A stretch of DNA of 64,000 nucleotides from Candidatus Fermentibacteraceae bacterium (lineage in GTDB: Bacteria; Fermentibacterota; Fermentibacteria; Fermentibacterales; JCC-6): the NCBI GenBank assembly GCA_041750285.1, contig JBGSZS010000012.1, positions 1-64,000 of the forward strand. Reading direction: 5' to 3'. The number at the start of each line of letters is the position of its first letter. Position 1 is the stretch's first letter. The notes beneath the pieces were generated by a model. That model was not told the DNA's origin, did not search any database, and saw only the letters and a list, made by a program, of their open reading frames with translations. A program made the translations under genes and the position numbers. Shown one piece after another: positions 10,494 through 19,714 of this stretch.

Positions 10494-12790
10494 ACAGGGA
10501 CGGATCACTCATACTGCCGCTTCATGTGCTCCCCGAGGGGATACTCATGCCCAGCACCACCCTCTCCCTCACGGTCACCGATCCCGACCAGATAAGGATG
10601 GTCGATTTCGCAGTGAGGGATGAGAAGATAGTCGGCGTCGTGGCAACCGATCCCGACACCGGCCAGGGATTCAAGGTGGGGACGGCGGCCGGCATCATGA
10701 AGCTCTACAGGTTTCCGGGGGACGTTGTCAGGCTCAGCCTGAGGGGTCTTTACAGGTTCAGGGTCATCGAGGCAGTCTACGGTTGGCCGTTCGCGATGGC
10801 CAGGGTTGAGAAACTGGAAACGGTCTATCCCGAAGACGGCGACGAGATCGAGGCATGGCGCAAGGCTGTCGAGCTTCAGCTCAGGCGGATAATGGAGCTG
10901 ACCCCGGGGATCCCTGACGAGCTCCAGATGGTTACGCTGCTCCGCGACCCCGAGAAGCTCGGATTCGTTGCCGCGGGGGGGCTGGAAGCCCCCGTCCACG
11001 AGAAACAGAGGCTTCTGGAAGAGGACAGCATAGTCCAGAGGCTCCGTCTCCTGCGAGACATGATGTCACACGAGATCCAGATACTCAAACTCCGTGACAT
11101 GATCCAGTCCCAGGTACGCTCTGAGATGGACAAGGACCAGCGCGAGTACTACCTGAAGGAACAGATGAAGGTCATCCAGAAGGAGCTCGGTGACGAGAAC
11201 GAGAACCCCGAGGCCCTGGAACTTCTCAAGCGGCTGGAAGAGACCGAACTCCCCGATTACGCGAGGGAAGCCGCCGAAGAGGAGATCCGCCGGCTGAACC
11301 GCATGCATCCCGGAGTCCCGGAAGCTTCTGTCACGAGGAACTACCTCGAATGGATACTTCAGCTTCCCTGGAGCACGCTCACCCGTGACAGGCTCGACCT
11401 CGAACGGGCCGGGCGCATCCTCGACAGCGATCATTTCGACCTCAAGGACGTCAAGGAGCGGGTTCTCGAGTTCCTGGCGGTGCGCAAGCTGAACCCCTCT
11501 GGCAAGGCGCCCATAATCTGCTTCGTGGGACCTCCGGGCGTAGGCAAGACAAGCATGGGAAGAAGCATCGCCAGGGCTCTGGGAAGGAAGTTCTACCGGT
11601 TGAGCCTGGGCGGCATGCACGACGAGGCCGAGATCAGGGGCCACAGGCGGACATACATCGGCGCCATGCCGGGCAGGATCATCCAGGGCATCAGGGAGTG
11701 CGGAACCTCGAACCCCGTTTTCATGCTGGACGAGATCGACAAGCTCGGCCGGGATTTCCGGGGCGATCCCACGTCCGCCCTTCTCGAAGTTCTGGATCCC
11801 GAACAGAACAACACGTTCCGCGACAACTACCTCAACATCCCTTTCGACCTCAGCAGGGTGAAGTTCATAACAACGGCGAACACTCTCGACACAATTCCCG
11901 AGCCCCTGCTTGACCGCATGGAGATAATCAGGATCCCCGGCTACACCGAAGACGACAAAATGCAGATCGCCAGGCGCTATCTCGTCAAAAGGCAGATCCG
12001 TGAAAGCGGTCTCTCCGGCAGGACGGTCCGCTTCACGCCCGAGGGCATCAGAACCATCATCAAGCGGTACACAAGGGAAGCCGGGGTGAGGGAGCTCGAA
12101 CGCAACATCGGGGGGATCTGCCGCAAGAACGCGGTTCGGGTGGCGGGTGGCGACAACTCCCTGGTGGTAGCAACCCCCGACAGGATTCCCGGGTGGCTGG
12201 GACAGTGGAAGTTCATTCACGAGCCCGCCCTCTCGAAACCCCAGGCAGGTGTTTCGACGGGTCTGGCCTGGACCCCTCACGGTGGTGAGATCCTCTTCAT
12301 CGAGACCCTTCTTTCGAAGGGCAGCGGCAAACTGGTGCTGACCGGCCAGCTCGGCGACATCATGAAGGAGTCGGCCCGGGCGGCCCTCAGCTGGATCAAC
12401 GGAACAGGACGAGCCCCCGGCCGTGACTTCTCCCAGACCGACGTCCACGTTCACGTTCCCGCGGGAGCAACCCCGAAGGACGGTCCTTCGGCCGGTGTGG
12501 CCATGGCCGCGTCCATGCTCAGCGCCTTTACCGGTGTTCCGCTCAGGTCCGACACCGCCGTCACCGGCGAGATAACGCTGAGGGGAAGGGTGCTTCCCGT
12601 GGGGGGCATCAAGGAGAAGGTTCTCGGCGCCCTGTCATCGGGCATCCGCCGGGTGGTGATCCCGGGAGACAACGCCAGGGACCTGTCAGAGATACCCGGA
12701 GAGCAGCTTTCACAGATGGAGATCATAACAGTCGACACACTGGAGCAGGCCGTTGACATGCTCCTGTACCGGGAGGAATCCGATGCGTAA
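10490..12790 (+). CDS. lon: ATP-dependent Lon protease (LonA)
   Basis: LON N domain, Walker A GPPGVGKTS, DEAEIRGHRRTYIGAMPG, LDEIDK, catalytic PKDGPSAG and GGIKEK. Confidence 0.97.
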   Translation: MNRDGSLILPLHVLPEGILMPSTTLSLTVTDPDQIRMVDFAVRDEKIVGVVATDPDTGQGFKVGTAAGIMKLYRFPGDVVRLSLRGLYRFRVIEAVYGWPFAMARVEKLETVYPEDGDEIEAWRKAVELQLRRIMELTPGIPDELQMVTLLRDPEKLGFVAAGGLEAPVHEKQRLLEEDSIVQRLRLLRDMMSHEIQILKLRDMIQSQVRSEMDKDQREYYLKEQMKVIQKELGDENENPEALELLKRLEETELPDYAREAAEEEIRRLNRMHPGVPEASVTRNYLEWILQLPWSTLTRDRLDLERAGRILDSDHFDLKDVKERVLEFLAVRKLNPSGKAPIICFVGPPGVGKTSMGRSIARALGRKFYRLSLGGMHDEAEIRGHRRTYIGAMPGRIIQGIRECGTSNPVFMLDEIDKLGRDFRGDPTSALLEVLDPEQNNTFRDNYLNIPFDLSRVKFITTANTLDTIPEPLLDRMEIIRIPGYTEDDKMQIARRYLVKRQIRESGLSGRTVRFTPEGIRTIIKRYTREAGVRELERNIGGICRKNAVRVAGGDNSLVVATPDRIPGWLGQWKFIHEPALSKPQAGVSTGLAWTPHGGEILFIETLLSKGSGKLVLTGQLGDIMKESARAALSWINGTGRAPGRDFSQTDVHVHVPAGATPKDGPSAGVAMAASMLSAFTGVPLRSDTAVTGEITLRGRVLPVGGIKEKVLGALSSGIRRVVIPGDNARDLSEIPGEQLSQMEIITVDTLEQAVDMLLYREESDA

Positions 12791-13511
12791 CCGAGTTCTC
12801 ATCGCCCTGCTTCTGGGAATGATGGCGGCAGGCTGCAAAGCCCCCTCCGACAGGCTCCACACATCGGACGGAAGCGTGGTCGTGGGCAGGCTGGAGTCGA
12901 TAGCAGGGGGGGTCGTCGAGATCGGAGGGGTGGCTGTTTCCGTTCCGCAGGGTGAAGCCCGGGTCTGGGGCAGGAACGGAGCGTCGTACTACGGAGCCGT
13001 CACCCTCGACAACGGGACCCTCACCGTGCGAACCTCGGGCGGAACCGCAGAGATGCCCATCAATTCAGTTTCAGCAGTTCTTTGGGCCGAAACATCCGCC
13101 GAGTCACGCGTGTTCGACGTGCCGGCCGAAGCAGGATGGATCTGCACCCACATGGCCGTCTCCCCGGGGGATTTCATTTCGATATCCGCTGGAGGTTTGG
13201 TATCCACCGACGCCGGCGCCTCCTCGCCGGACGGAACGGTCAGATTCTCGACGTCCACGGCACTGGCTCCGCAGGCCGTGGGGGGTGCGCTGGTAATGAA
13301 GGTGGGGGCGGAAGGGGAAGTTGTCCAGGTTGGCTCCGGATGGACGGGCAACGCTCCGGCGGGGGGCGAGATTTATCTGGGGGTCAACACGCACCTCGCT
13401 GAAGGGTCATCCGCTTCGGGAAGGTACACCGCAGCCGTCACCGCCGGTCAGGCGCCGGGTCCGGGAATGACCGCCGTCTTTCCCGCGGGGAAGTCGAGAT
13501 TCTCCCTTTAG
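12783..13511 (+). CDS. Putative lipoprotein with a C-terminal beta-sandwich (LecA/PA-IL-like pattern)
   Basis: ATG 12783 overlaps the lon stop; lipobox MAAG-C; C-terminal pattern W..T...V.PGD.ISISAGG...GALVMKVG...GEIYLGVN. Confidence 0.6.
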   Translation: MRNRVLIALLLGMMAAGCKAPSDRLHTSDGSVVVGRLESIAGGVVEIGGVAVSVPQGEARVWGRNGASYYGAVTLDNGTLTVRTSGGTAEMPINSVSAVLWAETSAESRVFDVPAEAGWICTHMAVSPGDFISISAGGLVSTDAGASSPDGTVRFSTSTALAPQAVGGALVMKVGAEGEVVQVGSGWTGNAPAGGEIYLGVNTHLAEGSSASGRYTAAVTAGQAPGPGMTAVFPAGKSRFSL

Positions 13512-13538
13512 GGAGCGGTTCACGCACCCGCGGGGCGG

Positions 13539-13567
13539 TTGACGATGCCCCTGCTTCGGTATAGAGT
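13539..13567 (+). promoter_or_regulatory. Putative promoter for the LysM operon
   Basis: TTGACG followed by TATAGA (15 nt spacer) or TAGAGT (17 nt spacer) in an AT-rich intergenic patch. Confidence 0.4.
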
Positions 13568-13624
13568 TTATGAAGTTATGATATTGGTGCCCGGACAGCT
13601 TCAAGTGAAGTGGGAGGTTTGGCG

Positions 13625-14638
13625 ATGAAAATAGCTGTTCTGCTTGCTATTACGGCGCTGACAGCATCTACTGCCGGAGAGTACGTGGTGGGTTTTGGTG
13701 ACACCCTCTGGGAGCTTTCACTGCACTTTTACGGCACTCCCCTCCGCTGGGAGGAGATCCTGGCCGCCAACCCCCATGTTTCAAGCCCCCAGTCCCTGGT
13801 TCCCGGAATGGTGCTGACCATCCCGGGCGTGACCCGCGCCGGCACCTCCTACTCTGCGGGCAGTCATAGCGTGACGGTCCCGACGTCGGCCATAATCAAC
13901 CGGTCCAGCGAGCCTATCCTCAGCCGGCTTCAGAGGGAGGGGGCCGGCATGGTATCGTTCGACGGGCTCACACCTCTTGGAAGGGTGATTCAGGTCAACA
14001 CCGAGGAAGAGCACGAAAACAGGTTCGAGATGGGGCTTCCCGGCGACATGCTCGAGATCGACTTCGGTTCCGACCGCGGCGTCGAAGCGGGCCAGGTCTT
14101 TCACATCATGCGTGAGGGCGAGACCGTGACCGATCCCTTCACTGACGACAGGGGCCGTGTCTACAGGGTTGCCGGTGTCTGCAGCGTCCTCGAGACCACT
14201 CCCGCCACCTCGATCGTGAAACTCGAGCACGGTTACCTCGCCGTACGCGAGGGAGACCTGGTGACTCCATACAGGGCCTCGGGCGAAGTCTACATAAACA
14301 ACGAGCCCGTGGTGGGAAACACCGCGGTCTATGTCCTTGCGCTCAAGAATCCCGACAATCGCAACGCCTACGCGTTCGATGTGATCTACATCAACGCCGG
14401 GACCGAGGCCGGTTTCAGCCCCGGCGACGTCTTCTCCGCCTACAGCTACGGTGAGCAGTACGAGATGGCGGGCGGTGCCGATATCCTCACCGCCGACATT
14501 CCGATCGCGGACGTGGTTATCCTCACCACGGAGAGGCGTTCGGCTGCCGCAATGGTCGTCAGCAACCGCTCCGCCACGCTGATCACACCGGGAGACAGAC
14601 TTTACCTGGTCCGAAGCCAGACAGCCCTCGACAGATAA
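13625..14638 (+). CDS. LysM peptidoglycan-binding protein (TsaP-like; LysM plus two FlgT-C-like beta domains)
   Basis: Signal peptide; LysM YVVGFGDTLWELS...NPHVSSPQSLVPGMVLTIP; repeated motif IDFGSDRGVEAGQVF / INAGTEAGFSPGDVF; GGAGG SD. Confidence 0.8.
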   Translation: MKIAVLLAITALTASTAGEYVVGFGDTLWELSLHFYGTPLRWEEILAANPHVSSPQSLVPGMVLTIPGVTRAGTSYSAGSHSVTVPTSAIINRSSEPILSRLQREGAGMVSFDGLTPLGRVIQVNTEEEHENRFEMGLPGDMLEIDFGSDRGVEAGQVFHIMREGETVTDPFTDDRGRVYRVAGVCSVLETTPATSIVKLEHGYLAVREGDLVTPYRASGEVYINNEPVVGNTAVYVLALKNPDNRNAYAFDVIYINAGTEAGFSPGDVFSAYSYGEQYEMAGGADILTADIPIADVVILTTERRSAAAMVVSNRSATLITPGDRLYLVRSQTALDR

Positions 14639-14643
14639 CGGGC

Positions 14644-15741
14644 ATGAACTGGGCTGTTGTCGCCAGGGGTAGATCCCCTTCCGGCGAGGCGGTGGTGCAT
14701 CTCTGCTCCCGAACGGGCAGGCAGGCCGCCGAAGTCCGCTCCGGGCTGGTCTCGCAGCGCGGTTTCGTCGTCAGGGAGGGGCTTGACCGCGACGCGGCGG
14801 ACAGCCTGGCCGCGTCACTCTCGTTCCACGGCATTACGATCGAGGTGGTTCCATCCAGCGGAAGCCCTGATGCCGCAGGTTTCAGGGTTGTCCTCACGGG
14901 TTACGCGCCCGGGAGCCGTGGAAGGCTCAGGGCCGCACTGATGCGGATGAGCGGCAGGACCGACGAGGAAGTCATTGGCTTTCTCGCCCGGATACCCTTC
15001 GCGCTTCGAAGGGGCGCCAGCGCCGAAACGGCCGCGTCTGTCCGGAGGGTCATCGAAGCGGCGGGCGGGGTGGTGGAGATCAGACCGGAAGGAACCGATG
15101 CAAAAAGGCCCGTTCCCGTTCCGGTAAAGCCGCAGCCCAAGGCTGCGGTGCGTCACGTTCCCGGAACCCCTTCCGGAACCCCCGCGGTGTCAGGCATCCA
15201 GCCGGCAACCATGGTCATGCCCGACCCGCCGGTCGTCCGCCTTCAGGAGAACCGCAGCGTGCTGGTGGAACCGCACCGATTCACCCTTGCCCCGCCTGAA
15301 GGGGCGGGCATCGAGCCCGGCAGGGTCGCGCAGGCGGACGCCTCTGTTCCGGTCAAGCCCTACAGGGTCGTTTTCACCGGACCTGCGAGGCTTCTTCCCG
15401 TCCCGCCCGCAAGGTCGCGCCGGAGCTTCGACGATCCGCCAGCCGCCGATGTCCCTGCCCTTTACCCCGTCTTTCTGTGCCCGGTTCAGGAGGGCGACCG
15501 CAGGAAGGTCATGCGGGTTCTCCAGAGCAGTCTCGGCCTTGGCCGCGATGCCGCGGAACGGGCGATAGCGGGCGCCCCTTCCGTCATTGCGCTGGAACCG
15601 GGCCGGAACGAAGCGTCCGAACGGGTGCGGGAACTGACCGGACACGGCCTTCCCGTAACACTGATAAGAAGCAGCGACAAGGAAGGCCCGGTGAGACAAA
15701 GGGAGCATGTCTGGTTCGGAAACTGGCTTCGAGGCCGCTGA
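14644..15741 (+). CDS. Hypothetical protein with repeated ribosomal L7/L12-CTD-like (ClpS-like) domains and a Pro-rich linker
   Basis: Three similar units: VVREGLDRDAADSLAASLSFHGITIEV, LRRGASAETAASVRRVIEAAGGVVEI, LGLGRDAAERAIAGAPSVIA...ASERVRELTGHGLPVTL. Confidence 0.6.
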   Translation: MNWAVVARGRSPSGEAVVHLCSRTGRQAAEVRSGLVSQRGFVVREGLDRDAADSLAASLSFHGITIEVVPSSGSPDAAGFRVVLTGYAPGSRGRLRAALMRMSGRTDEEVIGFLARIPFALRRGASAETAASVRRVIEAAGGVVEIRPEGTDAKRPVPVPVKPQPKAAVRHVPGTPSGTPAVSGIQPATMVMPDPPVVRLQENRSVLVEPHRFTLAPPEGAGIEPGRVAQADASVPVKPYRVVFTGPARLLPVPPARSRRSFDDPPAADVPALYPVFLCPVQEGDRRKVMRVLQSSLGLGRDAAERAIAGAPSVIALEPGRNEASERVRELTGHGLPVTLIRSSDKEGPVRQREHVWFGNWLRGR

Positions 15742-16615
15742 GGAACAGGTCGACAGGTTCCTTCAGGTGATGGTTCTTGAACGGGGTCTGTCCCCCAACA
15801 CCGTTTCAGCGTACATGACCGATCTCCGTCAGGCTTTCGGTGAGATACCCGGGATGCCGTTTCCCGATCCCGGCGACCTTTCCGAATGGATCGCGGGGCT
15901 CTCCGCGAAGGGAATGACACCCAGGACCATCAGAAGAAAGGTGTCCTCTATCAGGGCCTTTTTCAGGTTCATGACCGAAGAGGAGGGGATTGCCGCGGAC
16001 CCCTGCCGCTACATGCGCAGCCCGAAGCTGAATGCCGACCTTCCCGACCATCTCGCCGTGTCGGAGGTCGAGGCCCTTCTCGAGGCGGTTCCGGCAGCCA
16101 CACCCCTGGGCATCAGGAACAGGGCGCTTCTGGAACTTGCCTACGGCTCGGGGCTCAGGGAGAGCGAACTCGTAACCCTGACTCTCGACCGTCTCAACCT
16201 TGAGGAGGGTTTTGTCCGCCCTCTGGGCAAGGGCTCGCGGGAAAGGCTGGTTCCAATGGGCGGACCCTCGGTGGAATGGATGAAACGCTACCTCTCCGAG
16301 GCCAGGCCTTCGCTGGCCCGCAGGGGCTCGGGGAGGGTCGTTCTGCTCTCCCGCACAGGGAAGCCCCTTTCCCGGATGACAGTCTGGAGCGTTGTGAAAA
16401 CCTCCGCTCTGGCCGCGGGCCTTCTGCAAAGGGTTCATCCCCACACTCTCAGGCACTCGTTCGCAACCCATCTCCTCGCCGGCGGAGCCGACCTGAGGGT
16501 GGTGCAGGAACTGCTTGGCCACGCAGACATAAGAACGACCGAGATATACACCTCGGTTGACCGGACCCGGCTCTCCTCGGTGGTGGAGAAGTACCATCCC
16601 AGGGGGCGGGGTTGA
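15707..16615 (+). CDS. xerD: Site-specific tyrosine recombinase (XerD-like)
   Basis: ERGLSPNTVSAY, RNRALLELAYGSGLRESEL, GKGSRERLVP, HPHTLRHSFATHLL, VQELLGH...TTEIYT (catalytic R-H-R-H-Y set). Confidence 0.9.
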   Translation: MSGSETGFEAAEEQVDRFLQVMVLERGLSPNTVSAYMTDLRQAFGEIPGMPFPDPGDLSEWIAGLSAKGMTPRTIRRKVSSIRAFFRFMTEEEGIAADPCRYMRSPKLNADLPDHLAVSEVEALLEAVPAATPLGIRNRALLELAYGSGLRESELVTLTLDRLNLEEGFVRPLGKGSRERLVPMGGPSVEWMKRYLSEARPSLARRGSGRVVLLSRTGKPLSRMTVWSVVKTSALAAGLLQRVHPHTLRHSFATHLLAGGADLRVVQELLGHADIRTTEIYTSVDRTRLSSVVEKYHPRGRG

Positions 16616-17352
16616 AAGCATTCCCCCTCGATTCGGTGACCCTGCTCCAGAGCGCCGGGCTGCTTCGGCAGGCCGGGGAGTGGAGCGGAGAGAACGCCAG
16701 GGTGGAGATTCCCCAGCTCCCGAGGCTTTTGCAGGTCGTGCAGGACATAAGCCGCACGCCTGCGGGCAGCAGGGTGAGGGAGACCTACCGCAGGATCCAC
16801 CTTTGGGGCGAAGACGAACTGTCGTCACGCATGCTCCCGCCCGCCGGGGCAGCAGCCCTTTTCCATGCGTGCCGCCGCGAGGCCGCAGCACTGCTCGAGC
16901 TGGGCTATCCCAGAAATGCGGGCATCGATTTCATCACGGATCTTCCGGCGCCGGGCCGCAATCCGGTCAGACCCGCAGCCCAGTCCAGGGCAGCCATGCA
17001 CCACCTTGGGGGGGACATGGCGCTCTTCATGGAGATGGTCGCAAGACCTGTTCCGGGGCACCCGGCGCTGAAGCTCGTCTTCTCGGTCTGGCCCAGGGAG
17101 GGAAGGATTCCCGCTCCATGGATGGGGGGGATGGAACCGTTTTCGCTTCTCCTGTCATCGACGGAGGGCGGGGTCCCCGCCGTGGTGAGCCTTTCGCCGC
17201 AGCTCCGGGGCTACTGCCTGCTCTGCTGCTACGATCTGGCCGGGAGGCTCGAGTCGGGGCTCGGGGTTCAGAGGAGCTGCCCCTCTTTCGCCCTGTTCTC
17301 GTCGGGCCTCGGCGTGAGCGGCGCCAATACCGATACCCCGCCCCGAACTTGA
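16612..17352 (+). CDS. Hypothetical protein
   Basis: TTG start overlapping the xerD stop; fills the gap to the next gene; no recognisable motif. Confidence 0.6.
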   Translation: MKAFPLDSVTLLQSAGLLRQAGEWSGENARVEIPQLPRLLQVVQDISRTPAGSRVRETYRRIHLWGEDELSSRMLPPAGAAALFHACRREAAALLELGYPRNAGIDFITDLPAPGRNPVRPAAQSRAAMHHLGGDMALFMEMVARPVPGHPALKLVFSVWPREGRIPAPWMGGMEPFSLLLSSTEGGVPAVVSLSPQLRGYCLLCCYDLAGRLESGLGVQRSCPSFALFSSGLGVSGANTDTPPRT

Positions 17353-17385
17353 TCATATTAGCCCTTTGCGGGAGGTGTTCAATTG

Positions 17386-19701
17386 ATGGCTCTACTGCTT
17401 CTCTGCGCCCTTGGCGCCGTTCTTCCCAACGCAGGGGATGTGCCTGTGCTCGAAGCCGGGTCCTCCATGAACGTGGCCCCTGTCGACGGCCAGGCGTGGT
17501 TTCGGATCCTCGAGAGGGATTACGCCGTGCTCGAGCTGGAGGTCCTTCCGGGTTGCAGGCTCACCGCCTTTGACGATGCCGGAACGGTTCTGACCTCATC
17601 TCTGGACGGCAGACTCGTGCTTTCGGCTTACTCCGAGTACTGGTTCTGGATCCTCGCCGAGTGTGACTCGCCGGTGCGGGCATCGCTCGAGAGGCGCAGT
17701 CCGCAGAGGATCAGTCTGCCCCATTCGGGCCGTCTTGGTTCCGGCGTAATGGCCGAAGTTTTCACGGTCGTGCCGCAGACTGGCGGCCGGTACCAGATCA
17801 GGCTTGCGGGAGGCAGTTCCGCCGACCTCGACATGGAGATATACGGTCCCGGCAACCGCCTCTGGGCGGGCAGCTACAGCAACGACAGCAACGAGAAGGT
17901 GATGCTCGACATTCTCGCGGGCGAGCCCGTCACGGTTCTGGTCAGCCGTTACAACAAGGGCGGCAGTGGCGAGTTCACACTGGAGATGGAGCGAATGGAG
18001 CCATTCAGGGTTCTGGACGGGTCCGTGGGGATGCCCTCCCGTCCCGACCGCATAGAGAGGTTCATCGTTCCACCGAGGAGCGTTGCCTCCCTTCTTCAGC
18101 TGACCTTCCAGGGTGACGACGATCTCGATCTGCTGGTCCGGGGGGCCGACCACGAGATCCTCTGGTCCTCGACCACATACGCCGGAAGCGAGATGGTGAT
18201 GCTGCCCGCAGGCGGGGTCCCCCTTGTGGCCGAGGTCGTGAACTACCCCGGCGCCGACGAAGCGGAACCGTGGTTCGTTCTTTCCCTGACGCCTCCCGAC
18301 ACGCTTGTAAGGGCACAGGCCGGTACGGTTCCCGTCGAGTACACTGCGGGGGTTGCACCGCTTGTTGGGTTCAGCCCCGGTTCCGAGGGATTCTACACGG
18401 TGTCCGCACTCTTCGAGAAGACCCGGGATGGAGACATACGGCTTTTCAGGCGCCCCGGAGAGGCTGCGATCCTCATGGCCTCGCTCAGGGGCGACGAGGA
18501 GTTCATGGTCTGGATAGGCGCCCGCGACACCGTCTGGGTGTCACCGGGGTTCGCCAGTGTCGACCGCGAAGGCGAGTGCATGCTTGGGTTCAGCCGCGGC
18601 GGCGGGACACGGGTCAGCGGAGAAGCCCGGGGAACGGTAGGCGAATCGGGCGGGTCCGTTCATTACTTCACCGCAAGGGGCGGGGAGGACAGCATCCTTC
18701 TGGTGAAGCTTTCCGGAGAACCCCGCGACCTCGACCTGGACATGCTCGTGAGCGGGCCGGGCTTCGACCTGCAGGCTGAGGGCGCGGAGAGCAACACCGA
18801 TTCGGCCTCGGACGAAGCCGTTGCGGTGAGCTGCGGGAGCGGTGCGGATTACGGGATCACCGTATATGCCTACGAGAGGCGCGCTCAGGGGTCATTCCGG
18901 GTCACGGCCGAGAACATTCCGATAAGAAGCCTTTCATCCGGGTCCGCATCGCAGGAGACCTGGGCCGTCATTGTGGGCATAAGCGGCTACAGCGACCTTG
19001 TCGACATACTTTCGCGGTGCAGCATGGACGCCATGGACATGAGGGAGTTCCTGCTGGGCCAGGGGGTCGCCCCCGACCAAATGATGGTCCTCGTGGATCA
19101 GAACGCCACGCGTGACGCATTCAACGACGCACTCGACCAGGTTTTCCTCAGGGCTGGTCCGGAGGACAGGCTGGTCATATTCTTCAGCGGACACGGCAAC
19201 AGGAACTCCCCCGGCTCCGGAGGCCCGGAAGAGCCCGACGCCATGAACGACGTGATCTGCTTCCACGACGGCGACATGACCGACGACGACCTGGCCCGCA
19301 GAACGAGGGAGTTCCCCGGGCAGACCCTTCTTTTCATCGACGCCTGCCACAGCGGAGGCTTCGTGAACGACTTCCGGCAAGGCGACAACGCCCTCGTTGT
19401 CACCGCAGCCAGGGAGGACCTGAGCGTCAGCGAGAGGATACTCACCCCGATACTCCTGCAGGGAAGCCGGGGCGATGCCGACACCGACGGAGACGGAGCG
19501 ATAACGGCAGGGGAGCTGGCCGGCTATGTGGACGAGGTCCTTCAAAGGGTGTGCCCGTTCTGCGACACCATTCTCGATGCCGGTTCATCCAGGCTCTGCC
19601 CGGGATGCGGCGAGGTGCTGAAGGGCGAGAACCGTATTCCCAGACCCGAGCAGGGCGTTTTCATGCCCGCATCCACTGTGGTCTGGAGGGTAGACGACTG
19701 A
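17386..19701 (+). CDS. Putative secreted C14 (caspase-like/metacaspase) peptidase with tandem PPC domains, EF-hand-like loop and Cys-pair insert
   Basis: GGAGG SD; short hydrophobic N-terminus; repeated DxDL/M...S...E PPC motifs; WAVIVGISGY, FFSGHG and IDACHSG dyad; DADTDGDGAITAGEL; CPFC...CPGC. Confidence 0.85.
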   Translation: MALLLLCALGAVLPNAGDVPVLEAGSSMNVAPVDGQAWFRILERDYAVLELEVLPGCRLTAFDDAGTVLTSSLDGRLVLSAYSEYWFWILAECDSPVRASLERRSPQRISLPHSGRLGSGVMAEVFTVVPQTGGRYQIRLAGGSSADLDMEIYGPGNRLWAGSYSNDSNEKVMLDILAGEPVTVLVSRYNKGGSGEFTLEMERMEPFRVLDGSVGMPSRPDRIERFIVPPRSVASLLQLTFQGDDDLDLLVRGADHEILWSSTTYAGSEMVMLPAGGVPLVAEVVNYPGADEAEPWFVLSLTPPDTLVRAQAGTVPVEYTAGVAPLVGFSPGSEGFYTVSALFEKTRDGDIRLFRRPGEAAILMASLRGDEEFMVWIGARDTVWVSPGFASVDREGECMLGFSRGGGTRVSGEARGTVGESGGSVHYFTARGGEDSILLVKLSGEPRDLDLDMLVSGPGFDLQAEGAESNTDSASDEAVAVSCGSGADYGITVYAYERRAQGSFRVTAENIPIRSLSSGSASQETWAVIVGISGYSDLVDILSRCSMDAMDMREFLLGQGVAPDQMMVLVDQNATRDAFNDALDQVFLRAGPEDRLVIFFSGHGNRNSPGSGGPEEPDAMNDVICFHDGDMTDDDLARRTREFPGQTLLFIDACHSGGFVNDFRQGDNALVVTAAREDLSVSERILTPILLQGSRGDADTDGDGAITAGELAGYVDEVLQRVCPFCDTILDAGSSRLCPGCGEVLKGENRIPRPEQGVFMPASTVVWRVDD

Positions 19702-19714
19702 AAGGCGGAGGGAT

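Noticed and set aside
427..12454. Long antisense and alternate-frame ORFs (e.g. 427-1542, 11066-12454)
   Set aside because: They are shadows of well-supported genes, expected from GC-rich codon bias, and show no motifs or SD support
15707..16615. Prophage or integrative-element integrase
   Set aside because: Size and motifs fit chromosomal XerD; it sits in a housekeeping operon with no att-like repeats or phage genes nearby
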